Assembly (NCBI GenBank): GCA_964019425.1
Contig: OZ025790.1
Location: 62,001 to 126,000, forward strand
Source of the DNA: Flectonema sp. DT1601
Lineage: Eukaryota
DNA: 64,000 bases
Reading direction: 5' to 3'
The notes under the pieces are model-generated. The model searched no databases, had not been told where the DNA came from, and was given only the letters and a program-made list of their open reading frames with translations. This document shows, in pieces, positions 1 through 12,244 of the stretch (its first letter is position 1; each line of letters starts with the position of its first letter). The translations under genes and the position numbers were made by a program.

Positions 1-196
1 CTTGTCGGGGGAAAAAAAAAAAAGAAAAGGGAAGTTCGTGTAAAGGAAATCCATCTCACCTACCTTAATTCACAAAAGCAGCAATGCAATTGCAGCTGTC
101 AGAAATGAAGAAGCGGCATCTAAAAACTAGAAAACAACTAAAAAAAAAAAAAAGACAGAACCATTTTTCTTTGAACTTCAAACGAAAAAAAAACAT

Positions 197-233
<37 letters not shown>

Positions 234-2550
234 TCTCATGGCAGAGTTAGTTAATTTTCTTCAAAGTTTAATACGGTATTTTTCTTCATAACAGGAAGGA
301 AAACAAGGAGGAGGATGCATGAAAAAAATGAAAGGAGGAAAAAAAAAAAAAAAAAAGAAAAGTGTGCAGTACATTCTTTTTGTTTTGAATTTCTTTTTTT
401 TTTTTTTTTTTTTTGTTGGAGTCGATCGTTTTTGTTTCTTTTTTTTTTTTGAATAATTATACGCACATATTAATTGGGTTAAAGGGAAGTTGGTACAAAG
501 GTCGCTTATTATTATTATTATTTTTTTTTTTTTTTGGTTTTGGTTTTGGTTTTGGTTTTGCTTTTTTTTTTGTTGGGCTGCTGTTTTTTTTCAAACAACA
601 ACAGAATTTATTTAACGACAACAAACATGAAAAACACAAGCCGCAAACAGCTGCTGCGCAAGCCGAAACTTCCTTTTTCCTCCGCTACTCATGCCGGCAA
701 ACAAACCCAAGAAATTGACAATTTCAAAGGAGAGCAATACCAACAACAAAACAATCCAAAGAAGAAAAGAACAGGCATCGGAAAGCGCGGCGACAGCTTC
801 AAACAAATACTTAATGTCAATTTTATTGACTACGGCTGCCGCCTCGACTTTCCATCCCCTGAAGATGCGTTCCAAGTGTTTCTTGCTCTGATCAATCCGG
901 TGATTGATGCAAAACAGCTTAACACTCTGGTCAGCAATCTCCGTACATGCAACCACTTTCCCGAACCCCCCGCGAATCACCTCGGACGCAGACTTCAGAT
1001 CTGCCTCGACCGAGCGATAAGCACCAATGGGTCCAGCAAAAAAAGAAAGGAAACATGCCTCCAGTTCGGAGCGAACGCTTCTCGAAAACAAGAGAAACCG
1101 ATCAAACAGAGAAAGTACAGAGAACATGAAGTCAGCCGCTGAACTGGCTGCTTCATTCACCCAAGCCATTACGAGGTCAGCAAACCTGACACACTCGAGC
1201 TCAAGCGCAGCCGCAAAAACACGAGGGCCCCGCGGAACTTGCATTGCTGTGAATTGCATGAAGTCCGAAGACAGCTTGCTTCCAACTCGACAGCACTGAC
1301 TCAGAAAGTCGAGAAATGATGACGAGATCAATCTGAGGAAGTCAACACCAAAGTTCAAAAGACACAGTGAACGGCGAAGCGCTTCTGCCATGTCGTTATG
1401 AATCCTGATGAACCACTGCACCAGAACTCTGAACATTCTCAGAATCAGGAGACAAGTACTATATTCCATTTGCGACGACGTGGAGTCGACAGTGGTGCGT
1501 GCAGCATAAGGTGCTCCTTTTCCAACCAGCGACGTGTTGACGCTGCCACCGTTGCCACCAATGTGCGTGTAGGTTCCACTGCGTACGGAAGCATGCTGGA
1601 AACTACAATCCGATGTGGGTTCACCGCACAACTTCCATGCGGAATGCCTTTCCATCATCTGTCTTCTCTCCTCCCTCTTCCAAGCAGCAGTCTTCTCCCT
1701 CCGCATCTCCACCCACTCGGTCACCTTCCTCGCCCTCTCGCGGAACATGCGCTCTTGCAGTTCAAGTAACCCCTGAACGTACTTCCTCATCATAACTTGC
1801 GTGCGATATTCCATCAACGCTTCTTGCGGCGTCGGTTCCCGGAAACTCCTGTGCAGAACAGATCGTTTTGCTTCCGCCTCCGATAACCAGATTATCGGGG
1901 TAGCAATAAGCGACAACACGGCCATTGCAACAATCATCATCCTTGAGCGATGTTTTGTTTTACGATGACACTGAAAAAAGGGAACTTAAACTTAAAAAGA
2001 GAGACGCACATTTCTAGTATTGTTAAGTACTTAATCAAGTTCAAGTCGAGTTCACACACTACGGTAATCAGGGAAGACACACCACTAACGTGAGAATTGA
2101 CTAAACAGGTGACGGCAAATAAATCAAAACAATTCAATAAATTATTTTCCTCTTCTCAAACATTCCCACCAAACAACACAATTCAACTTCACCACAAATC
2201 ACAGCACGAAGAACAAATTCAGAAAAATCAAGGAAGGCAAACGAAATAATAGTTCCACACACATTCGACATTCGCACCTCCGAAACACGCAACACACACA
2301 AACCATAGCAGGAACTCAAATACGAAACACGAACACTCAAACCACACATATGAACACACAACACACTAACCAACATACTACTCAAACTACACATATGAAC
2401 ACACAAAACACACACAAAGGGTAATAAGAACTCGTCAGAGTTTCAACACACAACACTTCACAACACACACTCACGCACAAACACACAAGGAGGTTAAACG
2501 CTCACTTCATCATTAGTTCTGCTCCTGTATTTAAGAATATGAAATATATA
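1..2550. repeat. Long direct repeat, copy 1 (left end beyond the window)
   Basis: Nearly identical to 5499-8042 (offset 5498, then 5492 after a shorter (CT)n). Identity ends at ...gaatatgaaatatata. Confidence 0.97.
612..1940 (-). CDS. Hypothetical 442-aa protein with hydrophobic N-terminus, charged coiled-coil-like segment and C-terminal hydrophobic segment; repeat copy 1
   Basis: Long ORF, more GC-rich than its flanks, on the same strand as all other genes. A U-rich tract + AG (cccttttttcag, AG at 1972-1971) lies 30 nt upstream of the ATG. No recognisable domain. Confidence 0.6.
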   Translation of the reverse strand: MMIVAMAVLSLIATPIIWLSEAEAKRSVLHRSFREPTPQEALMEYRTQVMMRKYVQGLLELQERMFRERARKVTEWVEMRREKTAAWKREERRQMMERHSAWKLCGEPTSDCSFQHASVRSGTYTHIGGNGGSVNTSLVGKGAPYAARTTVDSTSSQMEYSTCLLILRMFRVLVQWFIRIHNDMAEALRRSLCLLNFGVDFLRLISSSFLDFLSQCCRVGSKLSSDFMQFTAMQVPRGPRVFAAALELECVRFADLVMAWVNEAASSAADFMFSVLSLFDRFLLFSRSVRSELEACFLSFFAGPIGAYRSVEADLKSASEVIRGGFGKVVACTEIADQSVKLFCINHRIDQSKKHLERIFRGWKVEAAAVVNKIDIKYLFEAVAALSDACSFLLWIVLLLVLLSFEIVNFLGLFAGMSSGGKRKFRLAQQLFAACVFHVCCR

Positions 2551-3201
2551 CAAAAGTTACAAAAGCAAACACCCTCTCATGTCACCATCACCGTAAAGCC
2601 CTCTCAACGATCCCTCCTTCCATCACACGGCAAGTGGTACCATTTTCCACTTAACTTACTCTCCTCCCCCCACTTCCTCTCCACCACATCACTTGTGACA
2701 TGTCCTTTCTGATAACAAAAAGAAGAAAGAATGATTGCAAACAAACTAACAGAACAAACAACAAATTAATAACCTAAAGTCAGCGGCAAAACCTTTCCCC
2801 CCCCCCGACCCCGACACGCAAGGCGTATTTGTTTGTGCGTTCAGGGGAATCACCACACGGAAGGAATGCCATTCGCTAGACTTTAAAAGAAAGGTACGAA
2901 ATCAACGAAAAGAAAGTGTTTATAAAAATTATTTAAAAAAAAGAAAATAAAGAAATGTTGCGCCGGGAAGGTCATTTGGGGAATTCAATTGAAATGTGAA
3001 AGTGAACTGATTACATTGCAAAACAATCGCGCGTTATTACAATACAGTACCTATACAAAAGTACAATATTATCATTATCATTATCATTATTAGTATTATT
3101 ATTATTATTATTTCTCACCAGGGGGGCGTGACTCCTGCGTGAAGAAGGAATCACACAACCCCCCACTCCTGAAGACTTGTAACTGCCGTGAGGCCGTCAT
3201 C

Positions 3202-3234
<33 letters not shown>

Positions 3235-4092
3235 GCAGGCACGAAAAAAAAGAAGAAAAATGACAAGACAACAACAACCCACATGAATGACGAATGAAAG
3301 CAGTACTGATCACAGGATTTTACTTTTTCTAAATCGAAAATGTCAGAGAGAGAGAGAGAGAGAGAGAGAGACGATAAGTATATTGCTGCAAAAGATTGAA
3401 TTTCATTTACCAAAATTAGAGATTTAACCGCACACCACCACCACTACTATCATCATCATCATGATCATCATGATCTCAGATGGTGGCTCCTTCCTCAGTA
3501 ATATGAACACGTCCTGAACATCAAAAACAGTTCACAGAGCAAGAAAACACTGCTTAGCAAAAATACCAATCAAATCACAGCAGCAGCAGCTGGCTCACTC
3601 GCATACATATTGCCATTCTCTCTCGTGCGTCTCCTCCTCTCTTCATTCACTTCCCCCATTTACCTGCCAACCTCCAATCCCGAGTAGCCTCCCACGACAA
3701 GTTTTGCCACAAGCGTTGCTATGTTGGGAAACCTGGCTCTCTGTGCGAGAAACCAGGAAATCCGCTGATAACTACACTCCGATGACCAACTGAGTGGGCG
3801 CTCAACTCGGATCATTGAGGCTGGTTCCGTCTCGGCGAGGAACTGCAGCTGCTGCGTGAGTCGAGTTGGTCAGCTTTTGCTAAAACTCACCAAGGAACAG
3901 GAAGTGAGAATCGAGTTGGTAAATGTTGTTGTTGTTTTTGTTGTGGTAGTTTTTACGGGATACTCGGCAACTGCCGCAAGAGTATCCCTATGATCGAGGA
4001 GCAGCACAAACAAAACCAGGGTGAAATTGTTTTTTTTTTTTTCCTCTCTCTCTCTCTCAATACGTAAAAGGTCAGTTTTGTTTTCTTTGCAT

Positions 4093-4207
<115 letters not shown>

Positions 4208-4449
4208 CTCTCGTTCCGTCTCTCTCGCAGTAAAAACAAAAAAAAAGGGTGAAAATCAGCAAAACTGGTTTTCCTTTTTCCCAGCCTCTCAAAAGACCAG
4301 AGCACTTGCCACCGCGAGAGAGTGAGAGAAAAGAGAAGGGGAAAAAAAAAAAGGAAGACAGCAGACTGGACCATCACATCCACAACATCAACGAGAACAA
4401 CATTGGAGCGGGGGGGATCGGTCGGCAGCGTGCGCCTTCCCTCCCGCGG

Positions 4450-4929
4450 AAACAAATAAAGAAAGGTATCCAAAACAAAGTAAAGAAAGGTATACAAAAC
4501 AAAGTAAAGAATGGTACACAAAACAAATAAAGAAAGGTATATAAAACAAAGTTAAGAAAGGTATACAAAACAAATAAAGAAAGGTATATAAAACAAAGTT
4601 AAGAAAGGTATAAAAAACAAAGTAAAGAATGGTACACAAAACAAATAAAGAAAGGTATATAAAACAAAGTTAAGAAAGGTATACAAAACAAATAAAGAAA
4701 GGTATATAAAATAAAGTTAAGAAAGGTATACAATCTCCTCATGGGTGAATGCCAGAGAGAGAGAGCCATGGTATACAAAACAAATAAAGAATGGTATACA
4801 AAACAAATAAAGAAAGGTATACAAAACAAATAAAGAAAGGTATATAAAGCAAAGTTAAGAAAGGTATACAAAACAAAGTAAAGAAAGGTATACAATCTCC
4901 TCATGGGTGAATGCCAGAGAGAGAGAGCC
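4450..4929. repeat. 23-24-bp minisatellite (AAAACAAA(G)TAAAGAAAGGTATAC) with a duplicated 36-bp interrupting segment
   Basis: About 12 units, then aatctcctcatgggtgaatgccagagagagagagcc (4732-4767), then about 5 units, then the same 36-mer again (4894-4929). Confidence 0.93.
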
Positions 4930-5498
4930 TTTGCAGGTCGTCTCTCCAGACTTGCACTGCCAAGAGAAAATAAACGTTTTTTCCGCGACTGGTACCGAGG
5001 GATGGGATCTTTTTTGTTTTTTAAATTTTTTAAGGTTTTTTTATTTTTATTTTTTGTTAAATTGAAAAGAAGAAATGAAAAATTGGACACAAAAACTCCA
5101 CAATCTCAAAGCAAATCAAGAAAATAATAATATTCTCTCTTTTCAGCCTTTTGTTGTTCGTCGAAGTGAAGAGCCAGAGCATCGGAGTTGCAACTTCCGG
5201 GTTCCGGTTTTCCTTCTTTCAGTGCGTTTATTAGTTTTCGTGTGCCAGCAAAAAAAATGAAATAAAATAAAATAAAATCCGACACAATTCTCCAAAAGAC
5301 CATTCACATCTCGTCCCCGTGTTGTTAAAGAAAATTTCTTGTTGTTGGTTATGAGAAAAATGAAAATGAAAATGAAAATGTCTATCGGCCGAGAGAGTAG
5401 TTGTACTCTCTCGCTCGACGACAAGACAACAACAACGACAACGACAACGACAACAACTTACTAACCCAGATGTGAATGGCCCGTACTTTCTACTACTA

Positions 5499-8042
5499 CT
5501 TGTCGGGGGAAAAAAAAAAAAGAAAAGGGAAGTTCGTGTAAAGGAAATCCATCTCACCTACCTTAATTCACAAAAGCAGCAATGCAATTGCAGCTGTCAG
5601 AAATGAAGAAGCGGCATCTAAAAACTAGAAAACAACTAAAAAAAAAAAAAAGACAGAACCATTTTTCTTTGAACTTCAAACGAAAAAAAAACATGGCTCT
5701 CTCTCTCTCTCTCTCTCTCTTTCCCTCTCATGGCAGAGTTAGTTAATTTTCTTCAAAGTTTAATACGGTATTTTTCTTCATAACAGGAAGGAAAACAAGG
5801 AGGAGGATGCATGAAAAAAATGAAAGGAGGAAAAAAAAAAAAAAAAAAGAAAAGTGTGCAGTACATTCTTTTTGTTTTGAATTTCTTTTTTTTTTTTTTT
5901 TTTTTTGTTGGAGTCGATCGTTTTTGTTTCTTTTTTTTTTTTGAATAATTATACGCACATATTAATTGGGTTAAAGGGAAGTTGGTACAAAGGTCGCTTA
6001 TTATTATTATTATTTTTTTTTTTTTTTGGTTTTGGTTTTGGTTTTGGTTTTGCTTTTTTTTTTGTTGGGCTGCTGTTTTTTTTCAAACAACAACAGAATT
6101 TATTTAACGACAACAAACATGAAAAACACAAGCCGCAAACAGCTGCTGCGCAAGCCGAAACTTCCTTTTTCCTCCGCTACTCATGCCGGCAAACAAACCC
6201 AAGAAATTGACAATTTCAAAGGAGAGCAATACCAACAACAAAACAATCCAAAGAAGAAAAGAACAGGCATCGGAAAGCGCGGCGACAGCTTCAAACAAAT
6301 ACTTAATGTCAACTTTATTGACTACGGCTGCCGCCTCGACTTTCCATCCCCTGAAGATGCGTTCCAAGTGTTTCTTGCTCTGATCAATCCGGTGATTGAT
6401 GCAAAACAGCTTAACACTCTGGTCAGCAATCTCCGTACATGCAACCACTTTCCCGAACCCCCCGCGAATCACCTCGGACGCAGACTTCAGATCTGCCTCG
6501 ACCGAGCGATAAGCACCAATGGGTCCAGCAAAAAAAGAAAGGAAACATGCCTCCAGTTCGGAGCGAACGCTTCTCGAAAACAAGAGAAACCGATCAAACA
6601 GAGAAAGTACAGAGAACATGAAGTCAGCCGCTGAACTGGCTGCTTCATTCACCCAAGCCATTACGAGGTCAGCAAACCTGACACACTCGAGCTCAAGCGC
6701 AGCCGCAAAAACACGAGGGCCCCGCGGAACTTGCATTGCTGTGAATTGCATGAAGTCCGAAGACAGCTTGCTTCCAACTCGACAGCACTGACTCAGAAAG
6801 TCGAGAAATGATGACGAGATCAATCTGAGGAAGTCAACACCAAAGTTCAAAAGACACAGTGAACGGCGAAGCGCTTCTGCCATGTCGTTATGAATCCTGA
6901 TGAACCACTGCACCAGAACTCTGAACATTCTCAGAATCAGGAGACAAGTACTATATTCCATTTGCGACGACGTGGAGTCGACAGTGGTGCGTGCAGCATA
7001 AGGTGCTCCTTTTCCAACCAGCGACGTGTTGACGCTGCCACCGTTGCCACCAATGTGCGTGTAGGTTCCACTGCGTACGGAAGCATGCTGGAAACTACAA
7101 TCCGATGTGGGTTCACCGCACAACTTCCATGCGGAATGCCTTTCCATCATCTGTCTTCTCTCCTCCCTCTTCCAAGCAGCAGTCTTCTCCCTCCGCATCT
7201 CCACCCACTCGGTCACCTTCCTCGCCCTCTCGCGGAACATGCGCTCTTGCAGTTCAAGTAACCCCTGAACGTACTTCCTCATCATAACTTGCGTGCGATA
7301 TTCCATCAACGCTTCTTGCGGCGTCGGTTCCCGGAAACTCCTGTGCAGAACAGATCGTTTTGCTTCCGCCTCCGATAACCAGATTATCGGGGTAGCAATA
7401 AGCGACAACACGGCCATTGCAACAATCATCATCCTTGAGCGATGTTTTGTTTTACGATGACACTGAAAAAAGGGAACTTAAACTTAAAAAGAGAGACGCA
7501 CATTTCTAGTATTGTTAAGTACTTAATCAAGTTCAAGTCGAGTTCACACACTACGGTAATCAGGGAAGACACACCACTAACGTGAGAATTGACTAAACAG
7601 GTGACGGCAAATAAATCAAAACAATTCAATAAATTATTTTCCTCTTCTCAAACATTCCCACCAAACAACACAATTCAACTTCACCACAAATCACAGCACG
7701 AAGAACAAATTCAGAAAAATCAAGGAAGGCAAACGAAATAATAGTTCCACACACATTCGACATTCGCACCTCCGAAACACGCAACACACACAAACCATAG
7801 CAGGAACTCAAATACGAAACACGAACACTCAAACCACACATATGAACACACAACACACTAACCAACATACTACTCAAACTACACATATGAACACACAAAA
7901 CACACACAAAGGGTAATAAGAACTCGTCAGAGTTTCAACACACAACACTTCACAACACACACTCACGCACAAACACACAAGGAGGTTAAACGCTCACTTC
8001 ATCATTAGTTCTGCTCCTGTATTTAAGAATATGAAATATATA
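5499..8042. repeat. Long direct repeat, copy 2
   Basis: Near-identical to 1-2550. Followed by a short TA-rich tract (taatataatatataatatata) at the junction with unique sequence. Confidence 0.97.
6104..7432 (-). CDS. Hypothetical 442-aa protein; repeat copy 2
   Basis: Same as 612-1940 except one I>V change (T at 821 vs C at 6313). Confidence 0.6.
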   Translation of the reverse strand: MMIVAMAVLSLIATPIIWLSEAEAKRSVLHRSFREPTPQEALMEYRTQVMMRKYVQGLLELQERMFRERARKVTEWVEMRREKTAAWKREERRQMMERHSAWKLCGEPTSDCSFQHASVRSGTYTHIGGNGGSVNTSLVGKGAPYAARTTVDSTSSQMEYSTCLLILRMFRVLVQWFIRIHNDMAEALRRSLCLLNFGVDFLRLISSSFLDFLSQCCRVGSKLSSDFMQFTAMQVPRGPRVFAAALELECVRFADLVMAWVNEAASSAADFMFSVLSLFDRFLLFSRSVRSELEACFLSFFAGPIGAYRSVEADLKSASEVIRGGFGKVVACTEIADQSVKLFCINHRIDQSKKHLERIFRGWKVEAAAVVNKVDIKYLFEAVAALSDACSFLLWIVLLLVLLSFEIVNFLGLFAGMSSGGKRKFRLAQQLFAACVFHVCCR

Positions 8043-8797
8043 ATATAATATATAATATATAAACGTAAGGCCCTCCTTACAGATCGATACTCAGCACAAT
8101 ATTATTTCATATCACTGAGAGAAGAAATAAATAACCAGAGAGAAAGTCAAGAGAATGAAGCTACAGGACGGGAACTAGTTGGAAGACAGATACGAAAAAG
8201 GAAAAGATAAGTAATACTACTACTTCCTTAACATTGAAAGGATATCCTTGTGATTGGAAATAACGAAATTAGATTAAACAGATTGACCTCCTCGCAATGT
8301 ACGAGAGAATATCGTAACCTATCTGAGGCGTGTCAATTATCTCCGACTGTTTGTGCAACATATTCACTAATTAAATGAATCGAAACAAAAAGAAAAAATA
8401 ATAACAATTATTGCACTCATAAGTGCAACGGAACGGGAATGACGAGGGCAAAACGAATCAACCAGATTTGATCCAAATTACCAGCCAGTGAGGCAGGATA
8501 AGGTCACCAACACAAGATGTCTATCTCACTTTAAAGAATGAATTGAGAATTCTACTAAACTACTCTGCTAACCAGTAAGTATTGTACGATACTCGGCTTG
8601 TAACAAAAAAAAAGAAAATAAAACAATAAACAGAAAAAACCAGTAAGCTTTTTTATTATCAATTTGAATCACATTAACTCCAGCAATCACATATTTAATT
8701 TCTATTTTTTTCCAGAGTTTTTTTTTTTTTTTTTTCATTGTATTTAAAAATAACAAAAATACCAAGAGATGCATCATATCGATTGCCAGGACAGAGT

Positions 8798-9637
8798 TTA
8801 AACATCCCATTCAGTGCCTCCGTAACCTCCCATGATTGGACCTGAGCCAGAAGGTGAACGATGCTGCTGTTGCTGCTGCTGCATTGGAGAAGCAAACGAT
8901 GGAATGTGATTCGACTGTGCCGGAGGCGGCAGCGTCATTGCTAGCGGTGGAGCTCCGGAAGGAGCTGACGGAATACCACCACCGCGCTCAGCAAATACAG
9001 AACCAGTGTGAGCCATGCTCATCTCGTGACGAGCTGGTGGGGTATAAAACTTATTAAAGAATGTTGTCATGCGGTACGTGTATGTCACCCAAACTACTAC
9101 TCCTCCAACTAGAAATGATAATGTGCTGATCACAAAAGATATCTGTTGAATAGCTTCATCGTTATTCTTCTCCACTGCCACGTAGTCCATTATCCAGAAT
9201 GGAATATCTCTTAAGAACCACATTGCTATTATTCCCCAAAGTGTTTTGTTCTTCCTATCACCCGGGGTTGTGCTGTACCGAGATGCCCAATACCAAAGTG
9301 TTGCAGCGATGGCAAAGTAGACCAGCATTCCCACGATCAGAAATGCCAAGTAGGCTCTCGGTAGGTCTTCTCCGTAAGCAGTGGACGCGGTGTCCGTTTT
9401 TTGCCATATTAAATAATTCAATAGTGTGACTAATATTGCTGTTCCCCACCACGCCATACATGACATTGGAATTGCTTGACGTTCTTCCAACCACCACACC
9501 GGCAGGAAGAAACCCGGATCTCCAGGTGATGGGCCTTCAGTTCTTGGGGGAGGCATCGTTTTGTAGTATTCTCCAGCTCCGGGCGACAGTGGGCTGGCAC
9601 TGCGAAGCCTCTCAGCAGATGTATGTTCGAGTGTCAT
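8798..9637 (-). CDS. Multi-pass membrane protein of unknown function (about 4 TM helices, Pro/Gln-rich C-terminal tail)
   Basis: 279-aa ORF with clear hydrophobic segments (WWGTAILVTLLNYLIW, AYLAFLIVGMLVYFAIAATLWYW, LWGIIAMWFLRDIPFWIM, ISFVISTLSFLVGGVVVWV). AAAATG start context. Confidence 0.85.
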   Translation of the reverse strand: MTLEHTSAERLRSASPLSPGAGEYYKTMPPPRTEGPSPGDPGFFLPVWWLEERQAIPMSCMAWWGTAILVTLLNYLIWQKTDTASTAYGEDLPRAYLAFLIVGMLVYFAIAATLWYWASRYSTTPGDRKNKTLWGIIAMWFLRDIPFWIMDYVAVEKNNDEAIQQISFVISTLSFLVGGVVVWVTYTYRMTTFFNKFYTPPARHEMSMAHTGSVFAERGGGIPSAPSGAPPLAMTLPPPAQSNHIPSFASPMQQQQQQHRSPSGSGPIMGGYGGTEWDV

Positions 9638-9895
9638 TTTATTTGCTGCTTATGTTATACCTGACTGGTTAAGTTAGAGTTACATTGCAGTCAATACGAC
9701 TGTCAGGTGTTCGTCGTGATAACCTGATAAGCAGAGAGTAAATGTTTTTTTTTTAATTCTATTTCCCATTTGCTTTTAATAAAGTGGTTTCAATAAAGTA
9801 GTCTCATTTATTTATTTCTAAGTTGAAGAATAAATGATTCCGACAAACAAACAAAAACCTAACCAAGAAATCAACCGCCCTCAGTGAGCCATCAA

Positions 9896-10291
9896 TTAGT
9901 AGTACTGTGGCCCGCTATCCCAGGAATTAAAGAAAGTCGCATTCCAAAAGAAAAGTGACCCGACCATTATTAAGAAGTAAATAGGAAATATACTCATAAT
10001 AAAGTCTCTAGCCTTTCCTTTAACATTCACAGTTTTGTCTGTCCACCATTGAGCTTTTTCTCTCTTTTTTCTCAACTGCTCTATCTGTTCCTCTCTTGTT
10101 CCACTGAATTTATTCAACTCTTTTTCAAACATTTTTTCAGCCTCCTCGTATAGCTGGACTCGAGCATTAACTGTTCTTTTTAAGATTCCCTCGGTAACTT
10201 CAAGTTGTTGGTCTCTGCTCTTAAGTTGTTCTTTCAATAAAGACTTCTTACTGCAGTGTCTTAATTGTCGTCTAAATGTCAATCGAAACAT
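9896..10291 (-). CDS. Small putative mitochondrial membrane protein (coiled coil + C-terminal TM)
   Basis: 131 aa. Arg-rich N-terminus without acidic residues (MFRLTFRRQLRHCS), typical of euglenozoan mitochondrial presequences. One TM segment (FIMSIFPIYFLIMVGSLFFW). Confidence 0.75.
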   Translation of the reverse strand: MFRLTFRRQLRHCSKKSLLKEQLKSRDQQLEVTEGILKRTVNARVQLYEEAEKMFEKELNKFSGTREEQIEQLRKKREKAQWWTDKTVNVKGKARDFIMSIFPIYFLIMVGSLFFWNATFFNSWDSGPQYY

Positions 10292-10510
10292 ATTATTTTA
10301 TAATTCTGATCTTTAATTTGATTTTAAAGTAAACTACTCAACTCCATTCTACTCCAAACATCTGACAACCTGAAAAAAAAAAAAAAGAAGAAAAGATTTC
10401 CCAAACAATACCAACACACTTGTCAAGTCTTCTAAATAAGAAGAATAAATCATAATCAGGGCAACTGAGCAACACAAGATGGTTATCGTGTAAACGATTC
10501 TCAACTACTA

Positions 10511-11851
10511 CTAAAAGACTAAGACCTCCCTAGCAGGCATACACGGTAGTGTAATATCTGAATCAGAAGTTGTATCTAATTCAACATCAGCATGTCTACG
10601 AGTATGAGGTCTCAGTTGATTACAAGAAGGACATGAAGATCGTGATTCATGTAATCCGCAGGGTTCAATTTTTATTTTTTCCAAGTCCGCCCAAAACAGG
10701 TATGAAATCCCACTAGTAGGAAGAAGTGATCCCTGAGGAAATGAACAACAAGAATCAATAAGAAAACAAATATGAGGAGGAATCCTCATAGAAGTTGCTA
10801 ACCCAGACATTCGAGGATGAATATCACTGTAGCGGAGTACTCTACGAGCGTGAATCAAACTGCTGCAGACCCACTCAACTTTGTACAGATCTCCAGAATG
10901 GGTGCTGGCTAAAGATCCTGGTATCACCCCCCCTCCGTCTATCCTAATTGGGGTTTCGTTTACTTTTGATGATATTAACGCTATCGGGAAGTCAACAGTT
11001 CCTTGAAGGAAATGTTTTAGTTTTTGATCCTTTTCTTTCTTAACCTTTGACGGCAGTGTAATCTTCGGCACTGCTTGAGAAGCTAGCTGGTCGATATCAC
11101 CACTTTCATTATATTTACACTCAACGTGTGGTATCCGAGGTGGTTGTACTGATCTCAGTCTCACTGCCGGAGTGACTCCTCTTTTCCAAACGATTCTCTC
11201 ACCTGCAGGGGATTGCTGTGGAGCATTCTTTAGTGGAGCGAGACGTGTTTCATCGGCAGCAACATCTGTTCTACGATTTCGTTTCAAACGATTACCAACT
11301 AAAGGAGTGCCACTCAAGGGAATGATTTTTGCAGAATCGAATTCCTTCGGTGACGTCGGAGATGGCGGAGGTTTACTTTTTATAAAAAATGATTGTTGTG
11401 TTTGAGGCAAACTACTATCAGTAAACTGCTCCAGTGACTTGGTGAGCAACAGTGGAAGCTCTCTTCCTTTGGGTCGAACACCTCGAGGGTATACTATAAT
11501 ATTAAACGTTGTGTTCACTGTCACGTACTTGGACAGGTTAGTAATCTTCTTCTGATGAACATTAAAGACACAAGTTGGAGTTGGTTGCATTCCGATAGCT
11601 GATGATAAAGTCTCGACCATGGAATTGAGATTCTTAAAAGGTTTCTTTACTAACAATACCTTTCCGTGACTACATAACAAACTTCCATTCCAAACTTTAT
11701 ATTTAATGGGCTTATCATATTCTGTACCTGGAAGTTCTTCTTTGAACATAACTCTTCGACTTGGCTTACCACCACATCTGATAGTAATTACTCCTCCAAA
11801 TGTTTCTGCGTTCTTTGTAACTCCAGTAAGAGCTGGTGTTATGATTACCAT
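10511..11851 (-). CDS. Hypothetical 446-aa protein with a possible divergent doublecortin (DCX)-like domain
   Basis: Long ORF. Residues ~49-110 (IKYKVWNGS...GKVLLVKKPFKNLNSMVETLSSAIGM...VFNVHQKKITNL) follow the DCX pattern. The domain call is tentative. Confidence 0.75.
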   Translation of the reverse strand: MVIITPALTGVTKNAETFGGVITIRCGGKPSRRVMFKEELPGTEYDKPIKYKVWNGSLLCSHGKVLLVKKPFKNLNSMVETLSSAIGMQPTPTCVFNVHQKKITNLSKYVTVNTTFNIIVYPRGVRPKGRELPLLLTKSLEQFTDSSLPQTQQSFFIKSKPPPSPTSPKEFDSAKIIPLSGTPLVGNRLKRNRRTDVAADETRLAPLKNAPQQSPAGERIVWKRGVTPAVRLRSVQPPRIPHVECKYNESGDIDQLASQAVPKITLPSKVKKEKDQKLKHFLQGTVDFPIALISSKVNETPIRIDGGGVIPGSLASTHSGDLYKVEWVCSSLIHARRVLRYSDIHPRMSGLATSMRIPPHICFLIDSCCSFPQGSLLPTSGISYLFWADLEKIKIEPCGLHESRSSCPSCNQLRPHTRRHADVELDTTSDSDITLPCMPAREVLVF

Positions 11852-12244
11852 GTTCTTTTCATTTATGGAAGCAGTGGCATTTTAATTTTTAACTTCCCCT
11901 GTAATAATAAATACCGTTCTCGTCTTAGTAATGATGAGAGAGAGACTACTTCAGATCAGGATTGACCTCATCAATATTTTTATAAGTTGCGAATTATTAA
12001 CTTCAGGATTGTTATTATTTGTTTCGTTTTTTTGGGAGATAAAATCAAAAGAGAAGAGAATGAATAATTACTAACAAACAAACACACACGTCGTCTGACG
12101 TGTAAACGAACAGACTAGCGGGTTTATCATGACTTAAACGAGTTTTTAAAAAGATTTTAAAAAAAAAGAATTAGTCCTAAAAGTCTGAAACAAACAAACA
12201 GCGGACAGTAAGATTAGTTTACAAGTCTTGAGATTCCATCTGAA

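Noticed and set aside
534..1142. 202-aa plus-strand ORF (and its copy at 6026-6634)
   Set aside because: It is antisense to the longer 442-aa ORF, which has the acceptor signal and matches the cluster strand. It also starts in low-complexity sequence.
2540..2560. LTR retrotransposon interpretation of the 2.55-kb direct repeats
   Set aside because: The TG/CA terminus appears at only one copy's boundary, there is no gag/pol or primer-binding site between the copies, and the other end lies outside the window.
4450..4929. CRISPR-like appearance of the minisatellite
   Set aside because: Units are directly adjacent, the two interrupting segments are identical, the context is eukaryotic and there are no cas genes.
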